This document shows positions 17,973 through 26,266 of a DNA stretch of 64,000 bases, piece by piece; positions within the stretch are counted from its first letter, which is position 1, and each line of letters opens with the position of its first letter. The DNA is from an uncultured Eubacteriales bacterium (lineage in GTDB: Bacteria; Bacillota; Clostridia; Christensenellales; UBA1242): NCBI GenBank assembly GCA_949878485.1, contig CATLAM010000006.1, positions 6,914-70,913 of the forward strand, written 5' to 3'. Under the pieces are notes generated by a model, which was not told the origin of the DNA, did not search any database, and was given only the letters and a program-made list of their open reading frames with translations. A program made the translations under genes and the position numbers.

Positions 17973-18800
17973 TTAAGTATTATTTTGTTTATTATCTACC
18001 ATTGCTATATTAGATGTTTTAAGCCTTTCAACTAGCCTTTGCATAAAATCTTTTTCACTAGGTAAATATATTTTATCCAAATAATATGTTAATTTATTAT
18101 CATTATTTAAAAAGTAATGCCCATTTTCAAAAGTATTGTAGTCAAGTACACCAATATATTCTTTGTATTGCTCTTCTAAAATACTATATAATAAGTTTTC
18201 GTCAATCTCAAATGCTGGTACATCAATATTTTTAATTCCTTGACTTCAAGTTATTATTCTTGCACCTATGGGAAAATAGGTATAAAAGCGATTGCCTTGT
18301 TGGATTGTATCATCTTTATATTTGGTAATATATTTTATTAAGCCTTGTATATTATAGGCATTTTTAATATTGACGAATCCATAACCTCAAAACTTTTTAA
18401 TATCATGATAACCTATTTTTAATTTTTCTTCATTCAATAATATTATATGTATGTGGAAAAAGTGGCTTGTGCCTTGCACTTCAATAGCCCTTATATATTT
18501 AATATTGTCGCCATAATTCCGCCTTATGCTTTTTATAAATTGTTTAAAGGCATTTAGGACTCTGTCAAACTCTATATAATGTTCAAAGGTAAGCGTAATT
18601 CATTTAGCAAAATAATTTGTCAAGTCCAGTTTATATAGTTCATATCTTTTGCGATTGATTGTTCTATTATAATCTTTTCTATCCATATTTAGTTTAGGCT
18701 TATCGCTACGCCTTAACCCATTTCACTTTTTATCTGCCTTTTCAGTATTAAATTTTTTTGAAACAATAATCATTCCGTTTGCAAATTCAATTTTGTACAT
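17973..18800 (-). CDS. rep: HUH rolling-circle replication initiator / relaxase-like Rep; needs sense decoding of four in-frame TGA codons
   Basis: Not in the track. GGAGG (18809-18813) + ATG 18800. 275 codons to TAA if TGA at codons 26, 67, 138 and 185 are read as Trp. Motifs WITLTF, HFFHIHIIL (HUH), GLIKYITKY. No TGG, no TAA/TAG, no frameshift. Confidence 0.75.
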
Positions 18801-18993
18801 TTTATATTCCTCCGTTTTGTTGAGCAATGCTCGTATATAGTTTAGCCTCGCAAGAACATTATTTAAAACTACTTTATATTAATAAAGATTTTAGGTGCTT
18901 GTTCTAAAAAATATATAATAATTTTTATAAAAATATTTTACTGAAATTTAGAAAATTTAAATTAAACTACAAATTTTAGAAATTTTATATAAT

Positions 18994-19034
18994 TTACACA
19001 AGTTGCAACTCAAATTAGGAAAGTTACACAAGTT
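18994..19034. repeat. two direct copies of TTACACAAGTT 30 bp apart, upstream of rep near the right island end
   Basis: 18994-19004 and 19024-19034, with a 10-bp palindrome AGTTGCAACT between them. AAATTT(T)AGAAA(A)TTT is also duplicated at about 18945 and 18971. Confidence 0.5.
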
Positions 19035-19073
19035 ATTTTAAAAAACAAAAGTTAAAATTTCTAGATTAATTAA

Positions 19074-19451
19074 TTAATAAATAAACATAGAAGCGATAAA
19101 TGCCCCAGCAATGGAAAAACACAAAAGAATTTTCAACCAATGCAGAATTTTGTATTTTTTCATTTTCTTGTTGTAATCTTTCTTGAAAGCAGTTTCGTTT
19201 TCATTGAAATAATCAGAAGTAATTTGTTTTTTATTTATAGTTTCCGCTTTGTAAAATTTAAAATTTTCTTCTAATTCTGTTTTGAAATCGGTGAAATATT
19301 TGTAAATAAGCCAACCACCCCAAAAGAAACTTAGAAGCATTGCAAATGCCATGGCAAAATATACAAAACCTGTCCATGTTTGAACAAGAATTGCACTTAT
19401 GCCAGCAAGCAAAACCAAAATAATTGTGACAATGTAAGGTATTTTAGACAT
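19074..19451 (-). CDS. hypothetical small membrane protein
   Basis: 125 aa, 3 predicted TM spans. Confidence 0.55.
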   Translation of the reverse strand: MSKIPYIVTIILVLLAGISAILVQTWTGFVYFAMAFAMLLSFFWGGWLIYKYFTDFKTELEENFKFYKAETINKKQITSDYFNENETAFKKDYNKKMKKYKILHWLKILLCFSIAGAFIASMFIY

Positions 19452-19466
19452 TTTTATCCTTTTAAA

Positions 19467-19832
19467 TTATAAAGCAACAAAGTAAACGACAATAATTACA
19501 ACTGCAGCGACAATCCAGCAAATAAGCCATGCAATATGTTTTTTTCTGGTCCAAAGGAAACCAAGCCAAATTGCAATGAAGTAAGCCAAACATTCACCAA
19601 CTGCTTGGAATGAATTAGCAACATCAGGTGCATGTTGTTTTAATGACAACTTCAAAATCAAAGCGATTGCAATAAACATAATGGCAAAATATGCCACACA
19701 ATTCATTATTGCACGAGTAGACCATTTTTGCTTAGGTGCAGATGAAGTTGTGGTGGTTGTAGTTTTTGTTTGTTTTTCTTTCTTTTTGTTTTCTGCCATG
19801 ATATTCTCCTTTTTTTTATTTCTATGTTTCAA
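19467..19832 (-). CDS. hypothetical small membrane protein with K/T-rich N-terminus
   Basis: 121 aa, 3 hydrophobic spans after KKKEKQTKTTTTTTSS. Confidence 0.55.
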   Translation of the reverse strand: MKHRNKKKENIMAENKKKEKQTKTTTTTTSSAPKQKWSTRAIMNCVAYFAIMFIAIALILKLSLKQHAPDVANSFQAVGECLAYFIAIWLGFLWTRKKHIAWLICWIVAAVVIIVVYFVAL

Positions 19833-19870
19833 ATTTAAAATGTGATATTAATCTAAGACATAAAATGAAA

Positions 19871-21454
19871 CTATTTTGCAGTTTCAGAGAATCTGCTTTC
19901 TCTGATTACATTGACTTTAATTTGCCCAGGATATTGCATTTCATTTTCAATCTTAGTGGCAATTTCTTTTGCCATAAACATTGCTTCGCTGTCAGAAATT
20001 TTGTCTGGTTTAACAATGATTCTTACTTCTCTTCCTGCTTGAACGGCATAAGATTTGTCAACACCTTCAAAACCATTTGCAATTTCTTCAAGTTGTTGAA
20101 GTCTTTTGATATAGTTTTCAAAACTATCTCTTCTTGCACCAGGTCTTGAACTTGAAATGGCATCAGCCACTTGAACAATGACTGCTTCAATTGTTCTGAA
20201 TTCAACATTAAAGTGGTGTGCTTCAATGCAGTGAACAACATCTTCGTTTTCTCCGCATTTTCTGGCAAGTTCCACACCGATTTGAACATGAGTTCCTTCC
20301 ATTTCGTGGTCAAGAGCCTTTCCAATGTCGTGTAAAAGACCACCACGTTTAGCAATTTTTACATTTGCACCAAGTTCGCTGGCAAGAAGCCCAGCAATGA
20401 TGGAAGTTTCCACAGAGTGTTTTAAAACATTTTGTCCATAACTTGTTCTGTATTTCAAACGACCAAGAGTTTTCAAAATTTCAGGATGAAGGTTGAATAT
20501 GCCTGTTTCGTTGCATGCTTCATCACCTGCTTGTTTGATGATTTTGTCAACTTCGCGTTGCATTTTTTCCACAATTTCTTCAATGTGAGTTGGATGAATT
20601 CTTCCATCAGAAATAAGTTTTTCCAAAGATAATCTTGCAACTTCTCTTCTGATTGGGTCAAATCCAGAAACTGTGATTGTTTCAGGAGTGTCATCAACAA
20701 TAAGTTCAACACCAGTTGCCGCTTCAATGGCACGAATGTTTCTGCCTTCACGACCGATAATTCTTCCTTTCATTTCGTCATTTGGAAGAGCAACAACAGA
20801 AACTGTCATTTCGGTTGTAGTTTCAGTTGCACATCTTTGAAGGGCTTGTCCAACAATTTCTCTAGCTTTCTTTTCGCCGTTTTCTCTGGCTTCATCTTCA
20901 ATTTGCTTAACAATGGAAACCGCTTCTTTTTGCGCTTCTGTTTTCATATTTGAAATCAGAAGGTCTTTGGCTTCTTGTTTAGACATTTTGGAAATTTTTT
21001 CCAATTTTTCAAGGGCTTGTTCTTTCAAAATATCTTGTTCTTGTTTAGCCTTTTCCAAATTTTCTTTTGCTAAGTTAAGTTCTTTCTTTTCTTCTTCAAG
21101 TTGTTCAGTTTTTTTGTCAACAGCAAGTTCTTTCTTTTCAATGAATTCTTCTCTTTGATTTAAACGCTCTTCTTGTTTCAAAACTTCGTTTCTGCGTTCT
21201 TTAACTTCCTGTTCAACCTCTTCTTTAAGTTTTTGCGATTGTTCTTTGCTTTCAATAATCGCTTCCTTTTTGATAGTCTTTGCTTCTGCATACGCATCTT
21301 CAATGATTTTGATGGCATTAGACTTATTTTTTTGTAATTTTTTACTGCTGTAAATTTTAAAACCAACAAATCCAATTATTACACCAACAATACATGTTGC
21401 AATGGCAATAATGGATACGATTGCAGGAGCGACATTCAATAAAATCATATTCAT
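19871..21454 (-). CDS. rny: ribonuclease Y
   Basis: N-terminal TM, long coiled coil, KH (GRIIGREGRNIRA) and HD (LLHDIGKA) domains. Confidence 0.9.
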   Translation of the reverse strand: MNMILLNVAPAIVSIIAIATCIVGVIIGFVGFKIYSSKKLQKNKSNAIKIIEDAYAEAKTIKKEAIIESKEQSQKLKEEVEQEVKERRNEVLKQEERLNQREEFIEKKELAVDKKTEQLEEEKKELNLAKENLEKAKQEQDILKEQALEKLEKISKMSKQEAKDLLISNMKTEAQKEAVSIVKQIEDEARENGEKKAREIVGQALQRCATETTTEMTVSVVALPNDEMKGRIIGREGRNIRAIEAATGVELIVDDTPETITVSGFDPIRREVARLSLEKLISDGRIHPTHIEEIVEKMQREVDKIIKQAGDEACNETGIFNLHPEILKTLGRLKYRTSYGQNVLKHSVETSIIAGLLASELGANVKIAKRGGLLHDIGKALDHEMEGTHVQIGVELARKCGENEDVVHCIEAHHFNVEFRTIEAVIVQVADAISSSRPGARRDSFENYIKRLQQLEEIANGFEGVDKSYAVQAGREVRIIVKPDKISDSEAMFMAKEIATKIENEMQYPGQIKVNVIRESRFSETAK

Positions 21455-21575
21455 AGTCTATCCCCTTTTTAAGTGTTGCCTTTTGCGACGAAAAATAAAA
21501 GGCAAACTACTGTTTATAGTTTACCTTTTTTAATAAACTTTTGTCAAATAATTTTATATATAAATTTAAAACTAA

Positions 21576-22865
21576 TTAGACTGCTTCTTGGTCTTTTTGT
21601 TTCTTAATTAAAACTGGTTCTCCATTGTTTTCAATAAAATCACGAGTGATGATGATTTTGTCATAAATTTCAGGGTCAGGAAGGTCAAACATAAGTTCCA
21701 ACATCTTAGTTTCCATAATTGTTCTAATTCCCCTTGCACCTGTCTTGAGTTCGATTGCTTTTTGAGCAATATAAGCAATGGCTTCATCTTCAAACTTAAT
21801 TTCGAAACCGTCAATTTTAAACATCTGTTGATATTGCTTAATAAGTGAATTTTTAGGTTCAACCAAAATTCTTTGCAAAGCCTTATCGTCAAGGTTGTCA
21901 AGACCAGTAACGATTGGAAGTCTGCCTACAAATTCAGGAATAAGTCCAAATTTGATTAAATCATCTGGCTGAACATCTTTTGCAAAATCAACTTTGGCTT
22001 TTTCGTCAGAGTTTTTAATGTTTGCATTGAAACCAATGGCAGTGGAAGAAAGTCTTTTATGAATGATGTCCTCCAATCCAACAAATGCACCGCCACAAAT
22101 AAACAAAATGTTTGTGGTGTCAATTTGAAGCATTTCTTGTTGTGGATGTTTTCTTCCGCCTTGTGGAGGAACGCTTGCAACAGTGCTTTCAATAATTTTC
22201 AACAATGCTTGTTGAACGCCTTCTCCACCGACATCGCGAGTAAGCGAACGGTTTTCGCTTTTTCTTGCCACTTTGTCAATTTCGTCAATATAGATTATTC
22301 CTCTTTGTGCCTTTTCAATGTCATAGTCAGCATTCTGAATAAGTTTTAAAAGCACATTTTCCACATCTTCGCCAACATATCCCGCTTCCGTCAAAGTAGT
22401 GGCATCAGCACAAGCGAAAGGAACATCCAAAATTCTTGCCAAGGTTTTAACAAGAAGTGTTTTTCCAGAACCTGTTGGGCCAATCATTAAGACGTTGCTT
22501 TTTTCAAGTTCCAAAACATTTTGGTTTTTGGTGTCATCCTTATTTTTCTTAGATGCGTTGATTTTGTTGTGATAGTTGTAATTAATTCTTTTGTAATGAT
22601 TAAAGACAGCAACAGAAAGCACTTTCTTTGCTTGCTCTTGCCCAATTACAAATCCGTCTAAACTTTTCTTTATTTCTTTAGGAGAAGGAATTGTAAGGTC
22701 TTTAAAAACCCTTAATTTCATGCTTTCTTCTTTGATGATGTCAGAGCAAATTCTTATGCAGTCATCACAGATGAAAGAATCACCATTTGGGCTGGCAATA
22801 AGTTTTTTTGCGGCTTTCTGTGGTCTTCCACAAAAAGAACATGTGCACATTTCAATATCTTTCAT
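21576..22865 (-). CDS. clpX: ATP-dependent Clp protease ATP-binding subunit ClpX
   Basis: N-terminal C4 zinc finger CSFCGR..CDDC; Walker [11 protein letters not shown]; IIYIDEIDK. Confidence 0.92.
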   Translation of the reverse strand: MKDIEMCTCSFCGRPQKAAKKLIASPNGDSFICDDCIRICSDIIKEESMKLRVFKDLTIPSPKEIKKSLDGFVIGQEQAKKVLSVAVFNHYKRINYNYHNKINASKKNKDDTKNQNVLELEKSNVLMIGPTGSGKTLLVKTLARILDVPFACADATTLTEAGYVGEDVENVLLKLIQNADYDIEKAQRGIIYIDEIDKVARKSENRSLTRDVGGEGVQQALLKIIESTVASVPPQGGRKHPQQEMLQIDTTNILFICGGAFVGLEDIIHKRLSSTAIGFNANIKNSDEKAKVDFAKDVQPDDLIKFGLIPEFVGRLPIVTGLDNLDDKALQRILVEPKNSLIKQYQQMFKIDGFEIKFEDEAIAYIAQKAIELKTGARGIRTIMETKMLELMFDLPDPEIYDKIIITRDFIENNGEPVLIKKQKDQEAV

Positions 22866-22885
22866 TTAAACCCCTTGAAATAGTT

Positions 22886-23482
22886 TTATTGTTTCTTAGT
22901 ATTTTTTCTTGTAACAAAAATATTATCAATTAAACCATATTTTTTTGCTTCTTCTGCCGTCATGTAATTGTCACGGTCTGTGTCTTTTTCTATGGTTTGC
23001 AAACTTTTCCCCGTGTTTTCGCTTAAAATCTTGTTCAACATTTCTTTAGTTTTCTTCATGTGTTTTGCTTGAATTTCAATGTCACTTGCTTGACCTTGTG
23101 TTCCGCCAAGTGGTTGATGAATCATAATTTCACTGTTTGGCAAAGCAAAGCGTTTACCTTTTGTTCCGCTGGAAAGCAAGAATGCCCCCATTGATGCAGC
23201 AAGCCCCACGCAAATGGTGGAAACATCACATTTAATGTAATTCATTGTGTCATAGATTGCAATACCAGCACTGACAGAACCACCAGGGCTGTTTATATAT
23301 ATGAAAATATCTTTATCAGGGTTTTTACCTTCCAAATAAATAAGTTGAGCAATTACCACATTGGCAGTTGCGTCAGTGATTTCCCCTGACAAGAAAATAA
23401 TTCTGTCTTCAAGAAGTCTTGAATAAATGTCATAAGACCTTTCGCTTGATCCTGTTTGGTCAACAACCATAGGAACTAACAT
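22886..23482 (-). CDS. clpP: ATP-dependent Clp protease proteolytic subunit
   Basis: Ser-His-Asp contexts [11 protein letters not shown] and MIHQPLGG; GGAGG SD. Confidence 0.92.
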   Translation of the reverse strand: MLVPMVVDQTGSSERSYDIYSRLLEDRIIFLSGEITDATANVVIAQLIYLEGKNPDKDIFIYINSPGGSVSAGIAIYDTMNYIKCDVSTICVGLAASMGAFLLSSGTKGKRFALPNSEIMIHQPLGGTQGQASDIEIQAKHMKKTKEMLNKILSENTGKSLQTIEKDTDRDNYMTAEEAKKYGLIDNIFVTRKNTKKQ

Positions 23483-23559
23483 AAAACACCTCCAAATTTA
23501 TGTTTAATTGAAAGTCATTGTCAAAAACTTTTAAGAAATTCGACAATGACCATTCAAAA

Positions 23560-24822
23560 TTATTTTTCATCTTCGTCTACATAGACGATTTTGTAATTTG
23601 ATTTCAAGAAATCTTGAAGTTTTTTAAACAATAAATCGTTTTCTTTCATCTTGATTTCTCTTTCATCTGTAATGTTTTTTGTTTCTGCTTTAAGTTCTTT
23701 TTCATCAACTGTGATGTTGTTGTCAGCAATGATTTTTCTGTAAATGTAGCGCGCTTTAATTTGTTTTAAAGTGTCTTCTCTAAGATGACTTACATATTGT
23801 TCTGCTGTTTCGTTGATTGAAGCAAGATATTGGTCGAGAGTCATGTTGTATTGTTGCAATGCTTCTTGCATATTTTGAATTGAATACATAAGATGATTGT
23901 CAACCATAATGTCTGGAATTTCAATCTTAGTGTTTTCAACAAGATAATTTCTGCCGTTAACTTGGATTTCATTTTCCAAACTTTTGTCGTTCATATCTTG
24001 AATATGAGCAATTACACTCTTTCTATACTCTTCCACAGTTTCAAATTCTGTCGTATCAGAGACAAATTTGTCAGTAAGTTCTGGCAAGTGTCTTTCTCTT
24101 ACATCTTTTAAAGTTGCTTTAAACACAACTTGTTTGCCTGCAAGTTCTGTTGCAAAATATCCTTCTGGAAATGTTGTAACAATGTCGAATTCGTCACCTT
24201 TTTTGTGACCAACAATTGATTCTTCAAACCCAGGGATATATCTTTTTGCGCCAAGTTCAATGACAGAGTCTATGCTTGTTCCGCCTTCAAACGCCACTCC
24301 ATTCAAATAACCAGCATAATCCACAACTACACTGTCACCATTTTGTGCTGGTCTGTCAACTGAGTTATATGTGACTCCTTCTTCAAGAAGATGACCTATG
24401 TGGTGTTGGATTTGTTCTTCTGTAACTTTTGGGCTTTTGTGAACTTTGATTTCCGCACCTTTATAGTTGCAAAGTTCAAATTCAGGAACAATATGGAAAG
24501 TGATTTTGAATTTAAGTTCGCCATCTCTTGTGTAACTTTCAAGTTGAGTGGTAGGACGAGCAACTGGTTCATATTGTGGATATTCAGGCAAAATTTCATT
24601 CATTGTATGTTCCATAAAATGTTCAATTGCATCATCAAAAAAGACATTATCTCCATATTGTTTTTCAATCATTTTTCTTGGTGCATGACCTTTTCTAAAT
24701 CCGACTACATTATATTTAGATTTGGTTTCTTGATAGATATGTTCAAGCATATCTTCCAATTCTTCGTTGCTAACTGTTACATCAACATTTACTTTAGTGT
24801 TTTCTCTTGTTAACTTATACAT
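23560..24822 (-). CDS. tig: trigger factor
   Basis: Contains GFRKGHAPRKMIE ribosome-binding signature and an FKBP-type middle domain. Start MYKLTRE at ATG 24822 with GGAGG upstream. Confidence 0.88.
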   Translation of the reverse strand: MYKLTRENTKVNVDVTVSNEELEDMLEHIYQETKSKYNVVGFRKGHAPRKMIEKQYGDNVFFDDAIEHFMEHTMNEILPEYPQYEPVARPTTQLESYTRDGELKFKITFHIVPEFELCNYKGAEIKVHKSPKVTEEQIQHHIGHLLEEGVTYNSVDRPAQNGDSVVVDYAGYLNGVAFEGGTSIDSVIELGAKRYIPGFEESIVGHKKGDEFDIVTTFPEGYFATELAGKQVVFKATLKDVRERHLPELTDKFVSDTTEFETVEEYRKSVIAHIQDMNDKSLENEIQVNGRNYLVENTKIEIPDIMVDNHLMYSIQNMQEALQQYNMTLDQYLASINETAEQYVSHLREDTLKQIKARYIYRKIIADNNITVDEKELKAETKNITDEREIKMKENDLLFKKLQDFLKSNYKIVYVDEDEK

Positions 24823-25019
24823 ATTACCTCCGTAAGTTTTCATTTGGAAATTACCAAAAGAAATTTTAGCACAAACCTTTACAAAATGCAACCAATATTG
24901 CCATGATATTTGCGAATATTTTGTCGAAAAATAATAAATTATTTCACAAATTTGTCATTTCAAGTCTTAAAATTGCAAAAAAATGTCGAATAAAATTGCC
25001 TAAATGTGGCTTTAAAAGT

Positions 25020-25047
25020 TTGATTTTCTGCATAGATGTGATATAAT
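25020..25047 (+). promoter_or_regulatory. promoter placing the transcription start at or next to the ATG of the recombinase gene (leaderless mRNA candidate)
   Basis: TTGATT-N16-TATAAT, then only 6 nt (GTTAAC) before ATG 25054; no SD. Confidence 0.45.
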
Positions 25048-25053
25048 GTTAAC

Positions 25054-26106
25054 ATGAAAAAGTTGAGTTTCTTTGATGAAAGAGATATAAAAAATATGCA
25101 AAAAATTGGCAAATACTTGTCAGAATTGCCAGAATATTGCTTTGATTTTTTCACAGGAATTGAAAATAACACTTCTTCCCTTACCCGTGTCAATTATGCC
25201 ATGGATTTAAGCGTTTTTTTTGAATATTTGGAAAAATATGTTGTCATGAAACCAAAGAAAGCAATTTTGCTTTCAGACATAAATGAACTTCAATCAAGAA
25301 ACATCGAAAATTATTTATCTTACCTTTCTTACTATAAATGTGATGACAAAATGTGTCGCAACACAGAACGCGGAAAAGCCCGAAAACTGGCAAGTTTACG
25401 CAGTTTTTTTAAATACCTTTTCAATCACGACATGATTACATCTAACGTGGCAAGCAAAGTGCCAACTCCAAAACTTCACAACAAAGAAATCATTCGCTTG
25501 GAAAAGGACGAAATGGAAAGAATGTTGGACACTGTTCAAGCACCCACAACTTTCAATAAACATCAACAAAATTACAATAAAAACACTAAAGAACGTGACA
25601 ATGCCATAGTTACTTTATTTCTTGGCACAGGCATAAGAATTTCTGAACTTGTTGGGCTTAATGTGGAAGATTTTGATTTTACCCAAAATGCCTTTAAAGT
25701 GACCAGAAAAGGTGGAAATCAAGCAATTTTATATTTTTCAAAAGAAGTTTATGATGCTTTAATGATTTGGCTGGAAAAACGCAAGACAATTCCCCTTCAA
25801 CCAGAAGAAAATGCCATGTTTATTTCTCTTCAAAACAAGCGTATTTGTGTGCGTGCAGTGGAAAATTTGGTTAAAAAGTTTGCCAAAGAAAGTGTTCCGC
25901 TTAAAAAAATCTCTCCACATAAATTGCGTTCTACCTTTGGCACAAATCTTTATCGTGAAACACAAGACATCTACATCGTTGCCGATGTGCTTGGACATAA
26001 AGATGTAAACACCACCAAAAAACACTATGCTGCAATCAATGAAGACATGAGAAAATCGGTGGCAAATAAGGTTTCTTTACGACAAAATAATAACACAGAA
26101 AACTAG
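25054..26106 (+). CDS. tyrosine recombinase, XerC/XerD-like
   Basis: GIRISELVGL (Arg), HKLRSTF, LGHKDVNTTKKHY (Tyr); 350 aa. Confidence 0.8.
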   Translation: MKKLSFFDERDIKNMQKIGKYLSELPEYCFDFFTGIENNTSSLTRVNYAMDLSVFFEYLEKYVVMKPKKAILLSDINELQSRNIENYLSYLSYYKCDDKMCRNTERGKARKLASLRSFFKYLFNHDMITSNVASKVPTPKLHNKEIIRLEKDEMERMLDTVQAPTTFNKHQQNYNKNTKERDNAIVTLFLGTGIRISELVGLNVEDFDFTQNAFKVTRKGGNQAILYFSKEVYDALMIWLEKRKTIPLQPEENAMFISLQNKRICVRAVENLVKKFAKESVPLKKISPHKLRSTFGTNLYRETQDIYIVADVLGHKDVNTTKKHYAAINEDMRKSVANKVSLRQNNNTEN

Positions 26107-26266
26107 ATGTTGTGTATTATGTTTTGCATAGCACTACCACATGTTGTGTTTACTAAAAATATTGTAAATTTTTGTTTATTTTGCTTGTTTTTAAAAGGAG
26201 TATATGGTATACTCTTTTTTGAATTTTATTAAAGAGTTTAGCCAATATTATACTAAGGAGAAAAAA

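Larger units (their letters stand above)
10903..19036. mobile_element. integrated element of about 8.1 kb (IME or phage-satellite-like): int, xis, 2 HTH regulators, cargo genes, HUH Rep
   Basis: Tyrosine integrase and excisionase at one end, Rep at the other. It interrupts otherwise Bacillus-like core synteny. End points are only provisional (shared ACAAGTTAT at 10903-10911 and 19028-19036). Confidence 0.6.

Noticed and set aside
12549-18725. Selenocysteine or programmed read-through explanation for the in-frame TGA codons
   Set aside because: Five TGA codons in two small non-redox genes, four of them in one gene, fall at aromatic/hydrophobic-type positions. I saw no obvious SECIS-like hairpins immediately downstream. 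Table 25 (UGA=Gly) cannot be excluded by eye, but Trp fits the contexts better.
10868-18934. 11-bp direct repeat TTTATAAAAAT near both island ends (10868-10878 and 18924-18934) as att core
   Set aside because: It consists only of A and T. By rough estimate several such matches are expected by chance between two AT-rich ~250-bp regions. ACAAGTTAT is kept only as a weak candidate.
17783-19073. Searched island intergenic DNA, and all other gaps, for a suppressor tRNA gene
   Set aside because: I could not find a cloverleaf-like GC-rich segment or a GGTTCGAATCC-type T-arm. No tRNA is called anywhere in the window.
26107-26150. Recurrent ATGTTGTGT(A) motif (26107, 26142, 37739, and reverse complement near 2831) as a dispersed regulatory element
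   Set aside because: The copies are short and lie in different orientations relative to transcription. They partly coincide with extended -10 promoter sequence (TGTTATAAT). This is not distinguishable from chance or promoter composition.
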